This document shows, piece by piece, positions 35,860 to 45,835 of a stretch of DNA of 64,000 nucleotides. Within the stretch, counting starts at the first letter, position 1, and every line of letters starts with the position of its first letter. Below the pieces are notes generated by a model. The model saw only the letters and a program-made list of their open reading frames with translations, was not told where the DNA came from and ran no database searches. Source of the DNA: Rhodospirillaceae bacterium. Lineage in GTDB: Bacteria > Pseudomonadota > Alphaproteobacteria > Rhodospirillales > Casp-alpha2. The position numbers were made by a program, and so were the translations under genes. The DNA lies in assembly GCA_038125725.1 (NCBI GenBank), contig JAYPEK010000007.1, positions 52,139 to 116,138 of the forward strand, in the 5' to 3' direction.

Positions 35860-38800
35860 TCAGGGCGCGCCGTAACCGCCGCCGCCGGGCGTTTCGATCA
35901 CCACCACTTCGCCGGCGCCGACTTCGGTGCCGTCAGCACCCTTGAGGACCTCCGTCGACCCATCCGCGCGCTCGACGCTGTTGCGGCCGATGGAACCGGC
36001 GAGCCCACCCATCAGGCCATAGGGCTCGGTCTCGCGGTGGCTGGTGAGGAAGGTGGCGGTCATCGGTTCCTCGAAGCGCATGCGCCGGATCGTGCCGTTG
36101 CCGCCATGGTGCTTGCCGGCGCCACCGGAACCGTGACGGATGGCGAAGCTCTCCAGGATCACCGGGAAACGCCATTCCAGCACTTCCGGATCGGTGAGGC
36201 GGGTATTGGTCATGTGGGTGTGGACCGCGTCGGTGCCGTCGTGGTCGGGCCCGGCGCCGGAACCGCCGCAGATGGTTTCGTAGTACTGGTAGGTGTCGTT
36301 GCCGAAGATGAAGTTGTTCATGGTGCCCTGTGCCGAGGCGAGCACGCCCAAGGCCGCATAGAGGCAATCGGTGATGCCCTGCGACACCTCGGTATTGCCG
36401 GAGATCACGGCGGCGGGATAAATCGGTGCCAGGATGGTGCCTTCCAGGCCCTTGATGTCGATGGGTTTCAGGCAGCCCTCGTTCAAGGGAATCTCGTCGT
36501 CCACCAGGGTGCGGAAAACGTAGAGCACGGCCGCCTTGCAGACCGCCGTCGGCGCGTTGAAGTTGCCGGGATCCTGCGGCGACGTGCCGGTGAAGTCCAC
36601 TGTCGCGCGCCGGGCTTCCTTGTTGACGGTGATGTGCACGTTGATGTGGCGGCCGCCGTCCATGGGATAGACGAACTCGCCGTCCTTCAGCACGTCGAGC
36701 ACCCGGCGCACGGATTCCTCGGCGTTGTCCTGCACGTGGCCCATGTAGGCCCAGACCACATCGAGGCCGAAGTGGTCGATCATCTTGGTCAGTTCCTTGA
36801 CGCCGGTGGTGTTGGCGGCGATCTGCGCCCCCAGGTCGGCTAGATTCTGATCGATGTTGCGGCAGGGGTAGAGGCCGGACCCCAGGAGTTCCCGCGTCTC
36901 CGCCTCGCGCAGCTTGCCGTGCTCGACCAGCAGGAAGTTGTCGATGACGACGCCTTCCTCCTCGATGACGCGCGAGTCCGGCGGTGCCGAGCCCGGCGTC
37001 TTGCCGCCGATGTCGGCGTGGTGGCCGCGCGAGCCGACATAGAACAGTACTTTCTTGCCGTCCGGTTCGAACACCGGGGTGATCACGGTGACGTCCGGCA
37101 GGTGCGTGCCGCCGTTGTAGGGCGCGTTCAGCGCATAGACGTCGCCCGGCTTGATGGTGTCCTTGTTCTCGCGGATGACGGTCTTGATGCTTTCCCCCAT
37201 GGAGCCCAGGTGCACCGGCATGTGCGGCGCGTTGGCCACCAGATTGCCTTCCGGGTCGAAGATGGCGCAGGAGAAATCCAACCGTTCCTTGATGTTGACC
37301 GAGTAGGCGGTGTTGGCCAGCGTCGCGCCCATCTGTTCGGCGATCGACATGAACAGGTTGTTGAACACTTCCAGCATCACCGGGTCGGCCTTGGTGCCGA
37401 CCGCTTCGGTCTTCGGACGCGGCACCACGCGGGTGACGACGAGCGCGCCGCTGGCTTTCAACTCGGCCCGCCAGCCGGGTTCGATGACGTTGGTGCCGGT
37501 GGCCTCGACGATGATCGCCGGCCCGTCCACCTTATGGCCGGGGCGCATGGCGTCGCGGTCGTAGAGCGGCGTTTCCAGCCACTCGCCTGCGGCGAACATG
37601 GTGGCCGCATCGATGGCTTCCGGAGTGTCCGTGTCGGCGCCGGCGTCGGCTTCCGTTACCGGCATTTCCTCGGTGGCGCCGATGGCCTCGACCGAGACGG
37701 CCTCGACCAGCAGCGCGCGCTCCGGCGCGATGAAGCCGAAGCGCTGCTGGTGCTGGGCCTCGAACTCGGCCTGCATGGCATCGGTGCCGGCGAAATCGAC
37801 CAGCAGCGCGCTATCCGTGCCGGCATAGCGAAGATGCGCTTTGCGCTTTGCGCTGGTGCGGGCTTCCGGCACGTCCTGGCCCAGCACCTCGGCGCGGGCC
37901 TCGCTTTCCAATTCGTTCAATGCGGTTTCGGCGAGCTTCAGGGTGGCACCGTCGAGCGGGCCTTCCACCTGGCGTTCGCGAAGTGCCCGCACGTCGGCCA
38001 GGCCCATGCCGTAGGCCGACAAAACGCCGGCAAAGGGATGCAGCAGGATGGTTTCCATGCCCAAGGCATCGGCCACGGCGCAGGCGTGCTGGCCGCCAGC
38101 GCCGCCGAAGCAGTTGAGCGCGTATTCGGTGACGTCGTAGCCGCGCTGCACGGAAATCTGCTTGATGGCGTTGGCCATGTTCTCGACGGCAATGCGCAGG
38201 AACCCGTCGGCGACGGCTTCCGGCGCCGGTTCGGCCTGGCCGGTGGCCTCGGCGATTTCGCGCGCCAGGGCGCCGAAGCGCTCGCGCACGACGTCGGCGT
38301 TCAACGGTTCGTCGGCGTTCGGGCCGAACACCTTTGGGAAGTGCTTGGGCTGGATCTTGCCGAGCATGACGTTGCAGTCGGTGACCGCCAGCGGGCCGCC
38401 GCGCCGATAGCAGGCCGGGCCCGGGTTGGCGCCGGCGCTGTCGGGGCCGACGCGGTAGCGGCTGCCGTCGAAATGCAGGATCGAGCCGCCACCGGCGGCG
38501 ACGGTGTGGATATGCATCATCGGCGCGCGCATGCGCACGCCGGAAACCAATGTTTCGAAGGCGCGCTCGTATTCGCCGTCGAAGTGCGAAACGTCGGTTG
38601 ACGTGCCGCCCATGTCGAAGCCGATGACCTTCTCGAAGCCCTCGTGCCGCGCGGTTTCGACCATGCCGACGACACCGCCGGCCGGGCCCGACAGGATCGC
38701 GTCCTTGCCCTGAAACAGCTTGGCGTCGGTGAGGCCGCCGTTGGATTGCATGAACATCAGCCGCGTGTCGTTGGAGCCGCCGCTGTTCAACTCGCCGGCC

Positions 38801-39495
38801 ACCTGGTCGACGTAGCGGCGCAGGATCGGCGACAGGTAGGCATCGACCACCGTGGTGTCGCCGCGCGAGACGATCTTCATCAACGGGCTGGTGGCAAACG
38901 AGGTGGAGACCTGGGTGAAGCCGATCTCGCGGGCGATCTCGGCGACGCGGTCTTCGTGTTCCGGGTGGCGGTAGCCGTGCATGAAGACGATGGCGCAGCC
39001 CCTGAAGCCGTCTGCATAGGCTTTCTTGAGACCTTCGCGCGCGGCCGCTTCATCGAGCGGTGTCAGCACCTGGCCCCTGGGCCCGATGCGCTCGGTCACT
39101 TCCAGGGTGTCGGCGTAGAGCATTTCCGGCAACTGGATGTGGCGGTCGAACAGCCGCGGGCGGTTCTGGTAGCCGATACGCAGCACGTCGGCGAAGCCCT
39201 TGGTGGTGACGAACAGCGTGCGCTCGCCCTTGCGTTCCAGCAGCGCATTGGTGGCCACCGTGGTGCCCATCTTCACCACCTCCACCCGGCCCGGCGGAAT
39301 GGCGGCGTCGGCGTCCAGGTCCAAGAGGTCGCGGATGCCCTGCACGGCGGCGTCCTTGTAGCGCTCCGGGTTTTCCGACAGCAGCTTGTGGGTGACCAGC
39401 GCGCCGTCCGGGCGCTTGGCGACCAAATCGGTGAAGGTGCCGCCACGGTCGATCCAGACCTGCCAGCCGGATGCGGGGGTGGGGGTGTTGGTCAT
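35860..39495 (-). CDS. Fused hydantoinase A/B, 5-oxoprolinase (ATP-hydrolysing) type
   Basis: 1211-aa ORF. The N-terminal half is HyuA-like ([10 protein letters not shown]...) and the C-terminal half is HyuB-like. It is convergent with the TauD gene, 7 nt apart. Confidence 0.88.
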   Translation of the reverse strand: MTNTPTPASGWQVWIDRGGTFTDLVAKRPDGALVTHKLLSENPERYKDAAVQGIRDLLDLDADAAIPPGRVEVVKMGTTVATNALLERKGERTLFVTTKGFADVLRIGYQNRPRLFDRHIQLPEMLYADTLEVTERIGPRGQVLTPLDEAAAREGLKKAYADGFRGCAIVFMHGYRHPEHEDRVAEIAREIGFTQVSTSFATSPLMKIVSRGDTTVVDAYLSPILRRYVDQVAGELNSGGSNDTRLMFMQSNGGLTDAKLFQGKDAILSGPAGGVVGMVETARHEGFEKVIGFDMGGTSTDVSHFDGEYERAFETLVSGVRMRAPMMHIHTVAAGGGSILHFDGSRYRVGPDSAGANPGPACYRRGGPLAVTDCNVMLGKIQPKHFPKVFGPNADEPLNADVVRERFGALAREIAEATGQAEPAPEAVADGFLRIAVENMANAIKQISVQRGYDVTEYALNCFGGAGGQHACAVADALGMETILLHPFAGVLSAYGMGLADVRALRERQVEGPLDGATLKLAETALNELESEARAEVLGQDVPEARTSAKRKAHLRYAGTDSALLVDFAGTDAMQAEFEAQHQQRFGFIAPERALLVEAVSVEAIGATEEMPVTEADAGADTDTPEAIDAATMFAAGEWLETPLYDRDAMRPGHKVDGPAIIVEATGTNVIEPGWRAELKASGALVVTRVVPRPKTEAVGTKADPVMLEVFNNLFMSIAEQMGATLANTAYSVNIKERLDFSCAIFDPEGNLVANAPHMPVHLGSMGESIKTVIRENKDTIKPGDVYALNAPYNGGTHLPDVTVITPVFEPDGKKVLFYVGSRGHHADIGGKTPGSAPPDSRVIEEEGVVIDNFLLVEHGKLREAETRELLGSGLYPCRNIDQNLADLGAQIAANTTGVKELTKMIDHFGLDVVWAYMGHVQDNAEESVRRVLDVLKDGEFVYPMDGGRHINVHITVNKEARRATVDFTGTSPQDPGNFNAPTAVCKAAVLYVFRTLVDDEIPLNEGCLKPIDIKGLEGTILAPIYPAAVISGNTEVSQGITDCLYAALGVLASAQGTMNNFIFGNDTYQYYETICGGSGAGPDHDGTDAVHTHMTNTRLTDPEVLEWRFPVILESFAIRHGSGGAGKHHGGNGTIRRMRFEEPMTATFLTSHRETEPYGLMGGLAGSIGRNSVERADGSTEVLKGADGTEVGAGEVVVIETPGGGGYGAP

Positions 39496-39526
39496 GGCGC
39501 GGGCTCCCGGAGAAAAGTGATTGTTA

Positions 39527-39542
39527 AATTTATCGATAAATT
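39527..39542. promoter_or_regulatory. Perfect 16-bp palindrome in a divergent promoter region; candidate operator
   Basis: AATTTATCGATAAATT is its own reverse complement. A related half-site, TATTGATAAAAT, follows directly. It lies between the oxoprolinase start (39495) and the winged-helix regulator start (39605), inside an AT-rich patch. Confidence 0.6.
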
Positions 39543-39604
39543 ATTGATAAAATATTTTCAACATGTTTTTATGAACGGGTCGCAGATTCGTCCGGGAGCC
39601 ACCC

Positions 39605-40147
39605 ATGAGCAGCACCAAATCATCGAAGCCACGCCGTCCGCGCTCCAAGACACCCATCGTTTCCTCGGCGCATTTGGTGACCGAAGGCGCGAGCGAGCTG
39701 AGCGAGTTCGAGTTCGGCCTGACGCTGGCCAACAATGCCTTCCACCGCTGGATCGTGCGCTGCATGAGCGCTGTCGGCTATCCGGACCTGAGCCCGCTCG
39801 ATATCCTGGTGCTGCACACCGTCAACCATCGCGACCGGGCCAAGAAGCTGGCCGACATCTGCCTGGTGCTCAACGTCGAGGACACCCACCTGGTCAACTA
39901 CGGCCTGAAGAAGCTGGCGAAGCTCGGCCTCGTCCAATCGGAGAAGTCCGGCAAGGAGAACCTGTTCTCCACCACGGATGCCGGGCGCGACGCCTGCGAG
40001 CGCTACCGCGAGGTCCGCGACCAGTGCCTGATCGGCTCCTTCGACGCGGTCGGCGGCGACATGACGGAAATCGGCGAACTGGCCGACGTGCTCAGATTTC
40101 TCTCCGGCCTCTACGATCAGGCCGCGCGCACCGCCACGTCGCTGTAG
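39605..40147 (+). CDS. Winged-helix (MarR-like) DNA-binding protein
   Basis: 180 aa. The central region (LSPLDILVLHTVNHRDRAKKLADICLVLNVEDTHLVNYGLKKLAKLGLVQSEKSGKE) looks like a MarR-type wHTH. It is divergent from the oxoprolinase gene. Confidence 0.65.
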   Translation: MSSTKSSKPRRPRSKTPIVSSAHLVTEGASELSEFEFGLTLANNAFHRWIVRCMSAVGYPDLSPLDILVLHTVNHRDRAKKLADICLVLNVEDTHLVNYGLKKLAKLGLVQSEKSGKENLFSTTDAGRDACERYREVRDQCLIGSFDAVGGDMTEIGELADVLRFLSGLYDQAARTATSL

Positions 40148-40271
40148 TCCCCCAATTCATTTTCGTCCGCTGGTTTGATCTGGCTCAAGCAGCCTTCCTA
40201 GCGCTTGCACTATATTACTTCCGGCATATTCAATTCCGGTGCCAGTGGCCCGGTACGCGAGAGGACGAACC

Positions 40272-42332
40272 ATGGTTCGGATGAACTCCCTGACCACCAA
40301 GCTCATCGTGGCGGTTTTCGTTTTTGTCGGCATTGCCTTTGTCCTGGACATGGCGATCAGTCAATGGATCGGCGCCAAGGTTCGCGCCAAGACCGACCAT
40401 CTTGTGGCCGAAATGAGCGGTGCGCTCGCCGACAAGGACAAGCAGATCCTGTCGGCCCTGGCGCATGGCCTGGAGTTGGAGGCCGAGCGTCTGGGGGTGT
40501 CCCAGACCCTGGTCAAGAACAGGGCGTAGGCCGGCGTCTCCCAGGAAGAACGCTTTCTGGTCGGCCAGCGCGACGGTATCGGCCTGACCGTCACGGCGAT
40601 GATCAAGTCGTCCATGTTGGCCGGCGAGGCCGAGGCGGTGGAAACCATCATCGAGGTCCTCACCGAGGAGCCTCGGATCGCCTCCATTGCACTTTGGCGC
40701 ACCAACGGTGAGGCGGCATTTACCGATAACAAGACCATCGACCAGATCAACGCGCTGCTCGGCGACGGCACGTATGAGCGCCGCGACGCGGAGGTGCCGG
40801 CGCGCTTGACCGGCGCGCGCGGCGAGGCCCTGGCCCGGGTAGTCGGCAACCACGACGACAGCCTGTCCATCGATGCGGACGGCGAGGATGACGACGGCAA
40901 TCCCGTGCCGCTCACCTATTCCTACGTGTTGTTGGAGAACGAGGAGGCCTGCCACGGCTGCCACGGAGACAACGACGCCCCGCGCGGTGTGCTGGAACTG
41001 GCTGTGTCGCGCCAGGCACTGGTATCGTTGCGCGACACGGCGGCGGGAACCATCGCCGGCATCGACAAGAAGCAAGCCCAGGAACTGGCGGCCTTGAAGG
41101 TGGGCAATGAAGCCCGCAAGACCGAGGTCGAACGCAAGTCCGACCTCTTGGCGCGGGAACTGGTGACGACCCAGAACGATCTTCAAGGCGTGCAGTCGGC
41201 CTCGGCGTGGACGGCGGGGCTCTCCAAGCTCGGCTTTTTCGTGCTGACGCTGGCGGTGGTCTACGTCGCTCTGGAGCGGATGATCGGCCGGCCGTTGATG
41301 GCGATGACCGGGGCCATGAACCGACTGGCGCAGGGCGATCTCGATACCGCCGTTCCGGCCACCGACCGGGCCGACGAGATTGGCGAGATGGCCGACGCGG
41401 TGCAGGTGTTCAAGGACAACGCTATTGAGGTCAGGAACCTGGAGGCGCGGGCCGAAGAGAGCCGCCGGGCGGCCGCGGCCGAGCGCAATGAACTGATGAG
41501 TCACCTGGCAGATGAATTCGAAAACAGCGTGTCATCGGTGGTCGGCGCGCTCGGAACGTCGGCATCGGACATGGAGACCGCCGCGCAGACCATGACGGTG
41601 ACGGCCGAGGATACGGCCGGCCGTGCCTCGCAAGTGGCGGCGGCCGCCGACGAGGCCGCCGGCAATGTGCGTTCCGTGGCCGAAGCCGCGGAGGACATGT
41701 CGACGTCGATCGCCGACATTGGCGAGCGGGTGCGGCGTTCCACCGAAATCGCCGCCGATGCGGTCCGCGGTGCCGCCGAAACCGCGTCGTCGATCCAGCA
41801 CCTTGATTCCGCTTCCAGCCGCATCGGCGAGGTGCTCGGGCTGATTACCGACATTGCTGAGCAGACCAATCTGCTGGCGCTCAACGCCACCATCGAGGCG
41901 GCGCGTGCCGGCGAGGCGGGCAAAGGCTTTGCGGTTGTCGCGGCGGAGGTCAAAAATCTCGCGAGCCAGACGGCGCGGGCGACCGACGAGATCACCACCC
42001 ATATCGACGGCATTCAAGCCGCCACCGGCGATGCGGTGACGGCAATCGGCTCCATCAGCCAGACCATTGAGCGCATGAACGAGCTGACCGCCGAGATCGC
42101 CGCCGCCGTGGACCGTCAAAACGCCGCCGCCGGCGCGATCGGGCAGAACGTCGATCAGGCCCTCGGCGGCACCAATGCGGTGTCGTCGCATATTACCAAC
42201 GTGTCCGATGCCGCCGAGCAATCCGGCATTGCCGCGAAAGGCGTGCTCGCCTCGTCGAGGGAACTGAGCGTGCAGGCCAGGAACCTGGAAGGGCACGTGG
42301 ACGAGTTCCTGGCGCGGGTGCGCGGCGGATAA
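40272..42332 (+). pseudogene. Methyl-accepting chemotaxis protein with a CxxCH-containing periplasmic domain, interrupted by one in-frame TAG (40527..40529)
   Basis: ORFs 40239..40529 (TM1) and 40599..42332 share a frame and are separated only by the TAG (...[14 protein letters not shown]...). The second part has TM2, a HAMP domain and the canonical signalling hairpin [31 protein letters not shown]. Confidence 0.75.
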
Positions 42333-42338
42333 AAAAAT

Positions 42339-42370
42339 CGGGGCCGGCCCGGAAGTGCCCGGCGGCCCCG
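42339..42370 (-). terminator. GC-rich hairpin with its U-tract on the minus strand, directly after the chemoreceptor (MCP) stop
   Basis: CGGGGCCG...CGGCCCCG outer stem of 8 bp plus an inner CCGG/CCGG stem. A 7-A run (42331..42337) precedes it on the + strand, which makes it U7 after the stem on the minus strand. There is no U-tract in the + orientation. Confidence 0.55.
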
Positions 42371-42695
42371 AAGGGAAGCGGTGTGGTGAGGCCGGTTTCG
42401 CCTAGCGCAGCGCGTAGGGCCGGAAACGGATCATCTCGGCGGGTCGCGAACGGCGCCTGAGGCCGAGCGCGCGGGATAAGGAAACCAAGAGGGACCGAAA
42501 ACTGGCCATTGCTGGGTATGCTGCTCCAAAACCGCTAACCAGGGACATCATACCTCGATCGCCGGCAAAAGTAAACTATATGTCGGTCGAAACTGGAAGT
42601 TCACCACTAGATATGGTGTCTGCAACCAAAGCCTTTGCGACGGCGGCCCGTCGGCGATAGAACGGAACGACGAATCCGAAGGGGATGAAACCAAC

Positions 42696-43751
42696 ATGAC
42701 CGCAGAGAAGAAACGCCTCGTCTATTTCGAGGAGTGGATGGACCCGATCGGGCCCGAGATCATCGGCCGCGACGCCAACATCGAACTGGTGCGCCTGGAA
42801 CAGGACGCCGACGAGGACAGCGTTTGGGAAGCGCTTTCGACCGCGCACGGCTACCAGATGCGCGCCAGCACCGAAACGCAGAAGAAGTTCTGGCCGGGAC
42901 CCGAATTCCTGGCGCGCTGCCCCAACCTGCTGGCGGTCTCGTCGGCGGGCGCCGGCTACGACATGGCCGACGTCGCCGCCTGCACGGATGCCGGCATCAT
43001 CGTCTGCAACCAGACCGGCTCCAACGCAGAATCGGTGGCGCAGCACGTGTTCGGCATGATGCTGGCGCTGTGCAAGCAGATGATCCAGTCCGACCGCGCC
43101 ATCCGGCGCGAGCCGCGCGGCTGGAACCGCTGGGACTACATGGGCCACGAGCTGACCGGGCGTTCCATCGGCATCGTCGGGCTCGGCAATATCGGCCGCC
43201 GTGTGGCGCAGATCTCCAAGGTCTTCAACATGACCGCCTACGCCTACGACCCCTACTTGACCGCCGCCGACTTCGCCGAGCGTAACGCCGAGCGGGTCAG
43301 CAGCCTGGAAGAGCTGTTCTCGAAAGTCGATTTCATATCCATCAACTGCCCGCTCACCGACGAGACGAACGGCATGATCAATGGCGATCTCTACGCGCGG
43401 ATGAAGCCGACCGCCATTTTCATCACCACGGCGCGCGGTTACATCCACGACGAGGTGGCGCTGACGGAAGCCATCAAGGAAGGCCGCATCGCCGCCGCCG
43501 GCTGCGACGTGTTCGAACTTGAGCCACCGGCGCACGACCATCCGCTGATGGCCTTCGACAACGTCATCGTGTCGCCGCACAACGCCGGCATCACGTCGGA
43601 CGCCAGTTACAACATGGCCGCCTACGCCGCCGAGCAGTGGAGCGACATCTTCGCCGGCAAGGTGCCGCCGAGGCTGCGCAATCCGGAAGCCTGGGACCGC
43701 TACCGGGCCCGCTTCCAGGCGCTTCTCGGCACGGAGCCGCAGGCGGCGTAA
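42696..43751 (+). CDS. D-isomer-specific 2-hydroxyacid dehydrogenase family protein
   Basis: 351 aa. NAD-binding motif GIVGLGNIGRRVAQ and a family catalytic region (..TARG..HDE). Confidence 0.85.
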   Translation: MTAEKKRLVYFEEWMDPIGPEIIGRDANIELVRLEQDADEDSVWEALSTAHGYQMRASTETQKKFWPGPEFLARCPNLLAVSSAGAGYDMADVAACTDAGIIVCNQTGSNAESVAQHVFGMMLALCKQMIQSDRAIRREPRGWNRWDYMGHELTGRSIGIVGLGNIGRRVAQISKVFNMTAYAYDPYLTAADFAERNAERVSSLEELFSKVDFISINCPLTDETNGMINGDLYARMKPTAIFITTARGYIHDEVALTEAIKEGRIAAAGCDVFELEPPAHDHPLMAFDNVIVSPHNAGITSDASYNMAAYAAEQWSDIFAGKVPPRLRNPEAWDRYRARFQALLGTEPQAA

Positions 43752-43761
43752 GCGAGGGATC

Positions 43762-44103
43762 ATGCGCATCTCGGGCACACCGACGACGGGAGCCGACCAG
43801 CGCCGCTTCGAGCGCTTCTCGGTCAACCGGCCGACGGAGGTCCGGAGCGCCGAGGGCAACTTCCAGGCGACGCTGGTCGATGTCTCGGAAGGCGGCGCCG
43901 CCGTCCACCTGGACAAGACCGGCTTCGGCAACGATCTCTTCGTCGCGCTGCATTCTGACGGCCACGAAGACCTGCACGGGCGCATCGTGCGCGAGTTCGA
44001 CGGCGGCTTCGCGCTGCAGTTCGATGACGAGGAAGAACAAGAGCGCGCCCGCGTCGAGATCGAGAAATTCCGCGCCACCATCGGCGAGACCGAATCGTTT
44101 TGA
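43762..44103 (+). CDS. PilZ domain protein (putative c-di-GMP receptor)
   Basis: 113 aa with the RRFERF (RxxxR) and DVSEGGAAV (D/NxSxxG) motifs. Confidence 0.8.
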   Translation: MRISGTPTTGADQRRFERFSVNRPTEVRSAEGNFQATLVDVSEGGAAVHLDKTGFGNDLFVALHSDGHEDLHGRIVREFDGGFALQFDDEEEQERARVEIEKFRATIGETESF

Positions 44104-45068
44104 TCGCCTTTCTGGGGTTCCTCGGCCGCCGCGCATCGCTTTTCATGGTGCTTTCGGTATTCATCGCTTTGGCGGTGCAGCCGCTGGCGGCGCTGGCCCG
44201 GCCGCTGTTGATTCCCTGCGTCTGGGCGCTTTTGGTGTTCTCCATGATCCGGCTCGACCGCCAGGCGTTCCTGGGCGTGCTGGCGAAACCGGCGCGCGTC
44301 GGGATCGTGCTGGTTTGGATGCTGGCGGTGACGCCGGTGATCATGTGGGGCCTGGTCTCGGCGACCGGGTTCGGCGGCCCCATCGCCGCCGCCCTGGTGC
44401 TGACGGCGGGCTCGTCGCCGTTGATGTCGACGCCGGCCATCGGCTTGATCCTCGGGCTCGACGTGGCGCTTTTGCTGGCGATCGTGGTGTCGGCGACGCT
44501 GCTGCTGCCGCTGACGCTGCCGGTGGTGGCGTTGTCGCTGCTCGGCCTCGAGCTGGAGACCGGCGCGCTGGAACTGATGGGGCGCCTCGGCGCCCTGGTG
44601 GGCAGCGCCGCCGTCGTGTCGTTTCTCATCCGCCGCGTTGCCGGCCGTGCCCGCATCGAGGGCGCGGCGAAGGAACTCGACGGGGCGTCGGTGCTGTTGA
44701 TGCTGGCCTTCGTCATCTCCCTGATGGACGGCGTCACCGCGCGGGTGATTTCGGAGCCTCTGCGCATGCTGTTCTGGATCGGCCTCAGCTTCGCCGTCTA
44801 CACCGGTCAGTTGCTGGTGAGCGCGGCGCTGTTCGGGTTCCTGTGGCGCGACCGACTCGCCGCCTGGAGCGCCGCCGTCTCGGCCGGCTGCCGCAACTTA
44901 GGGATCTTGGTGGCGGCGCTGGCCGGCGCGGCCAATGACGATTTCATCACCTACTTCGCATTGGCGCAGTTTCCGATCTATATTATGCCGTCGATCATGA
45001 AATGGGGATTGGCGCGCACCTTGCGGGGCGCCGCCACGCCCCCCATCTCAGGGGCTGGAGGTTCCTGA
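44100..45068 (+). CDS. Polytopic membrane protein, possibly a BASS / bile-acid:Na+ symporter-like transporter
   Basis: 322-aa hydrophobic ORF. The TTG start at 44100 overlaps the PilZ stop, and ATG 44145 is an alternative start. The family call is tentative. Confidence 0.5.
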   Translation: MIAFLGFLGRRASLFMVLSVFIALAVQPLAALARPLLIPCVWALLVFSMIRLDRQAFLGVLAKPARVGIVLVWMLAVTPVIMWGLVSATGFGGPIAAALVLTAGSSPLMSTPAIGLILGLDVALLLAIVVSATLLLPLTLPVVALSLLGLELETGALELMGRLGALVGSAAVVSFLIRRVAGRARIEGAAKELDGASVLLMLAFVISLMDGVTARVISEPLRMLFWIGLSFAVYTGQLLVSAALFGFLWRDRLAAWSAAVSAGCRNLGILVAALAGAANDDFITYFALAQFPIYIMPSIMKWGLARTLRGAATPPISGAGGS

Positions 45069-45835
45069 TGGCAGGAACGAAGAAAAGCACATTCTGGCGT
45101 TGGGCGGTGGCGCTCGGCATCATGCTCACCGTCGCCGTCGCCGGCATCGCTCGTCACTCCATGGCGGATTGGCGCACGGCGAGCCGCGAATCCGCCGGTA
45201 TCGCGCCGGACCCGGCGGAGCATTCGGAAGCCATCGTCCAGGTCTACGCGGCGCGCGCCTATTCATGGCGCGGCGTCTTCGGCGTGCATTCCTGGATCGC
45301 CGTGAAACCGACCGACGCGCTGGAGTTCACCGTCTACGAGGTGATGGGCTGGCGCGTGCGCTACGGCTCGCCTGCGGTGCGCATTTCCAACCGCCCCGCC
45401 GACGGGCGCTGGTTCGACGCGGTGCCGGACTTGCTGGCCGACATCCGCGGACCGGGCGTCGACGCTGTGATCAAGCGGATCGACGCCGCCGCCAAGAGCT
45501 ATCCCTACATGAACGAGTATCAGGTCTGGCCCGGGCCGAATTCCAACACCTTCATCGCGCATGTGGCGCGCGCCGCGCCGGAGCTGAAGCTCGACCTGCC
45601 GCCGACCGCCATCGGCAAGGACTACATCCCGGGTGGCGAATTCGTCGCCAAGACGCCGAGCGGCACCGGCTACCAGGTGTCGCTGTTCGGTCTTCTGGGT
45701 GTCATGGCCAGCGCCGAGGAGGGGTTCGAGGTGAACCTGCTGGGCTTGACCTTCGGCATCGACCCGAAGGACTGGGCCATCAAGCTTCCTCTTGCCGGGA
45801 CCATTGGCGGCGGACGCAACGGCGGCGCTTCGTGA
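45068..45835 (+). CDS. DUF3750-like membrane-anchored protein
   Basis: ATG at 45068 follows GGAGG and overlaps the upstream TGA. It has an N-terminal TM helix. The motif VWPGPNSNTFIAHVAR is typical of DUF3750 as I remember it. Confidence 0.55.
   Translation: MAGTKKSTFWRWAVALGIMLTVAVAGIARHSMADWRTASRESAGIAPDPAEHSEAIVQVYAARAYSWRGVFGVHSWIAVKPTDALEFTVYEVMGWRVRYGSPAVRISNRPADGRWFDAVPDLLADIRGPGVDAVIKRIDAAAKSYPYMNEYQVWPGPNSNTFIAHVARAAPELKLDLPPTAIGKDYIPGGEFVAKTPSGTGYQVSLFGLLGVMASAEEGFEVNLLGLTFGIDPKDWAIKLPLAGTIGGGRNGGAS

Noticed and set aside
36919-38601. 560-aa + strand ORF
   Set aside because: It lies inside and antisense to the 1211-aa oxoprolinase gene, which has clear HyuA/HyuB similarity over its whole length.
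40527-40529. TAG as pyrrolysine, or TAA/TAG as programmed readthrough sites
   Set aside because: No pyl genes or PYLIS-like context are visible. The 3' contexts (TAG-G and TAA-A) are not known leaky contexts. Simple nonsense mutation or sequence error is more parsimonious. The sites are kept as findings only as interrupted genes.
42576-44081. 501-aa minus-strand ORF
   Set aside because: It is antisense to the 2-hydroxyacid dehydrogenase and PilZ genes. Only its extreme 3' part lies in intergenic DNA. It has no RBS or domain support.
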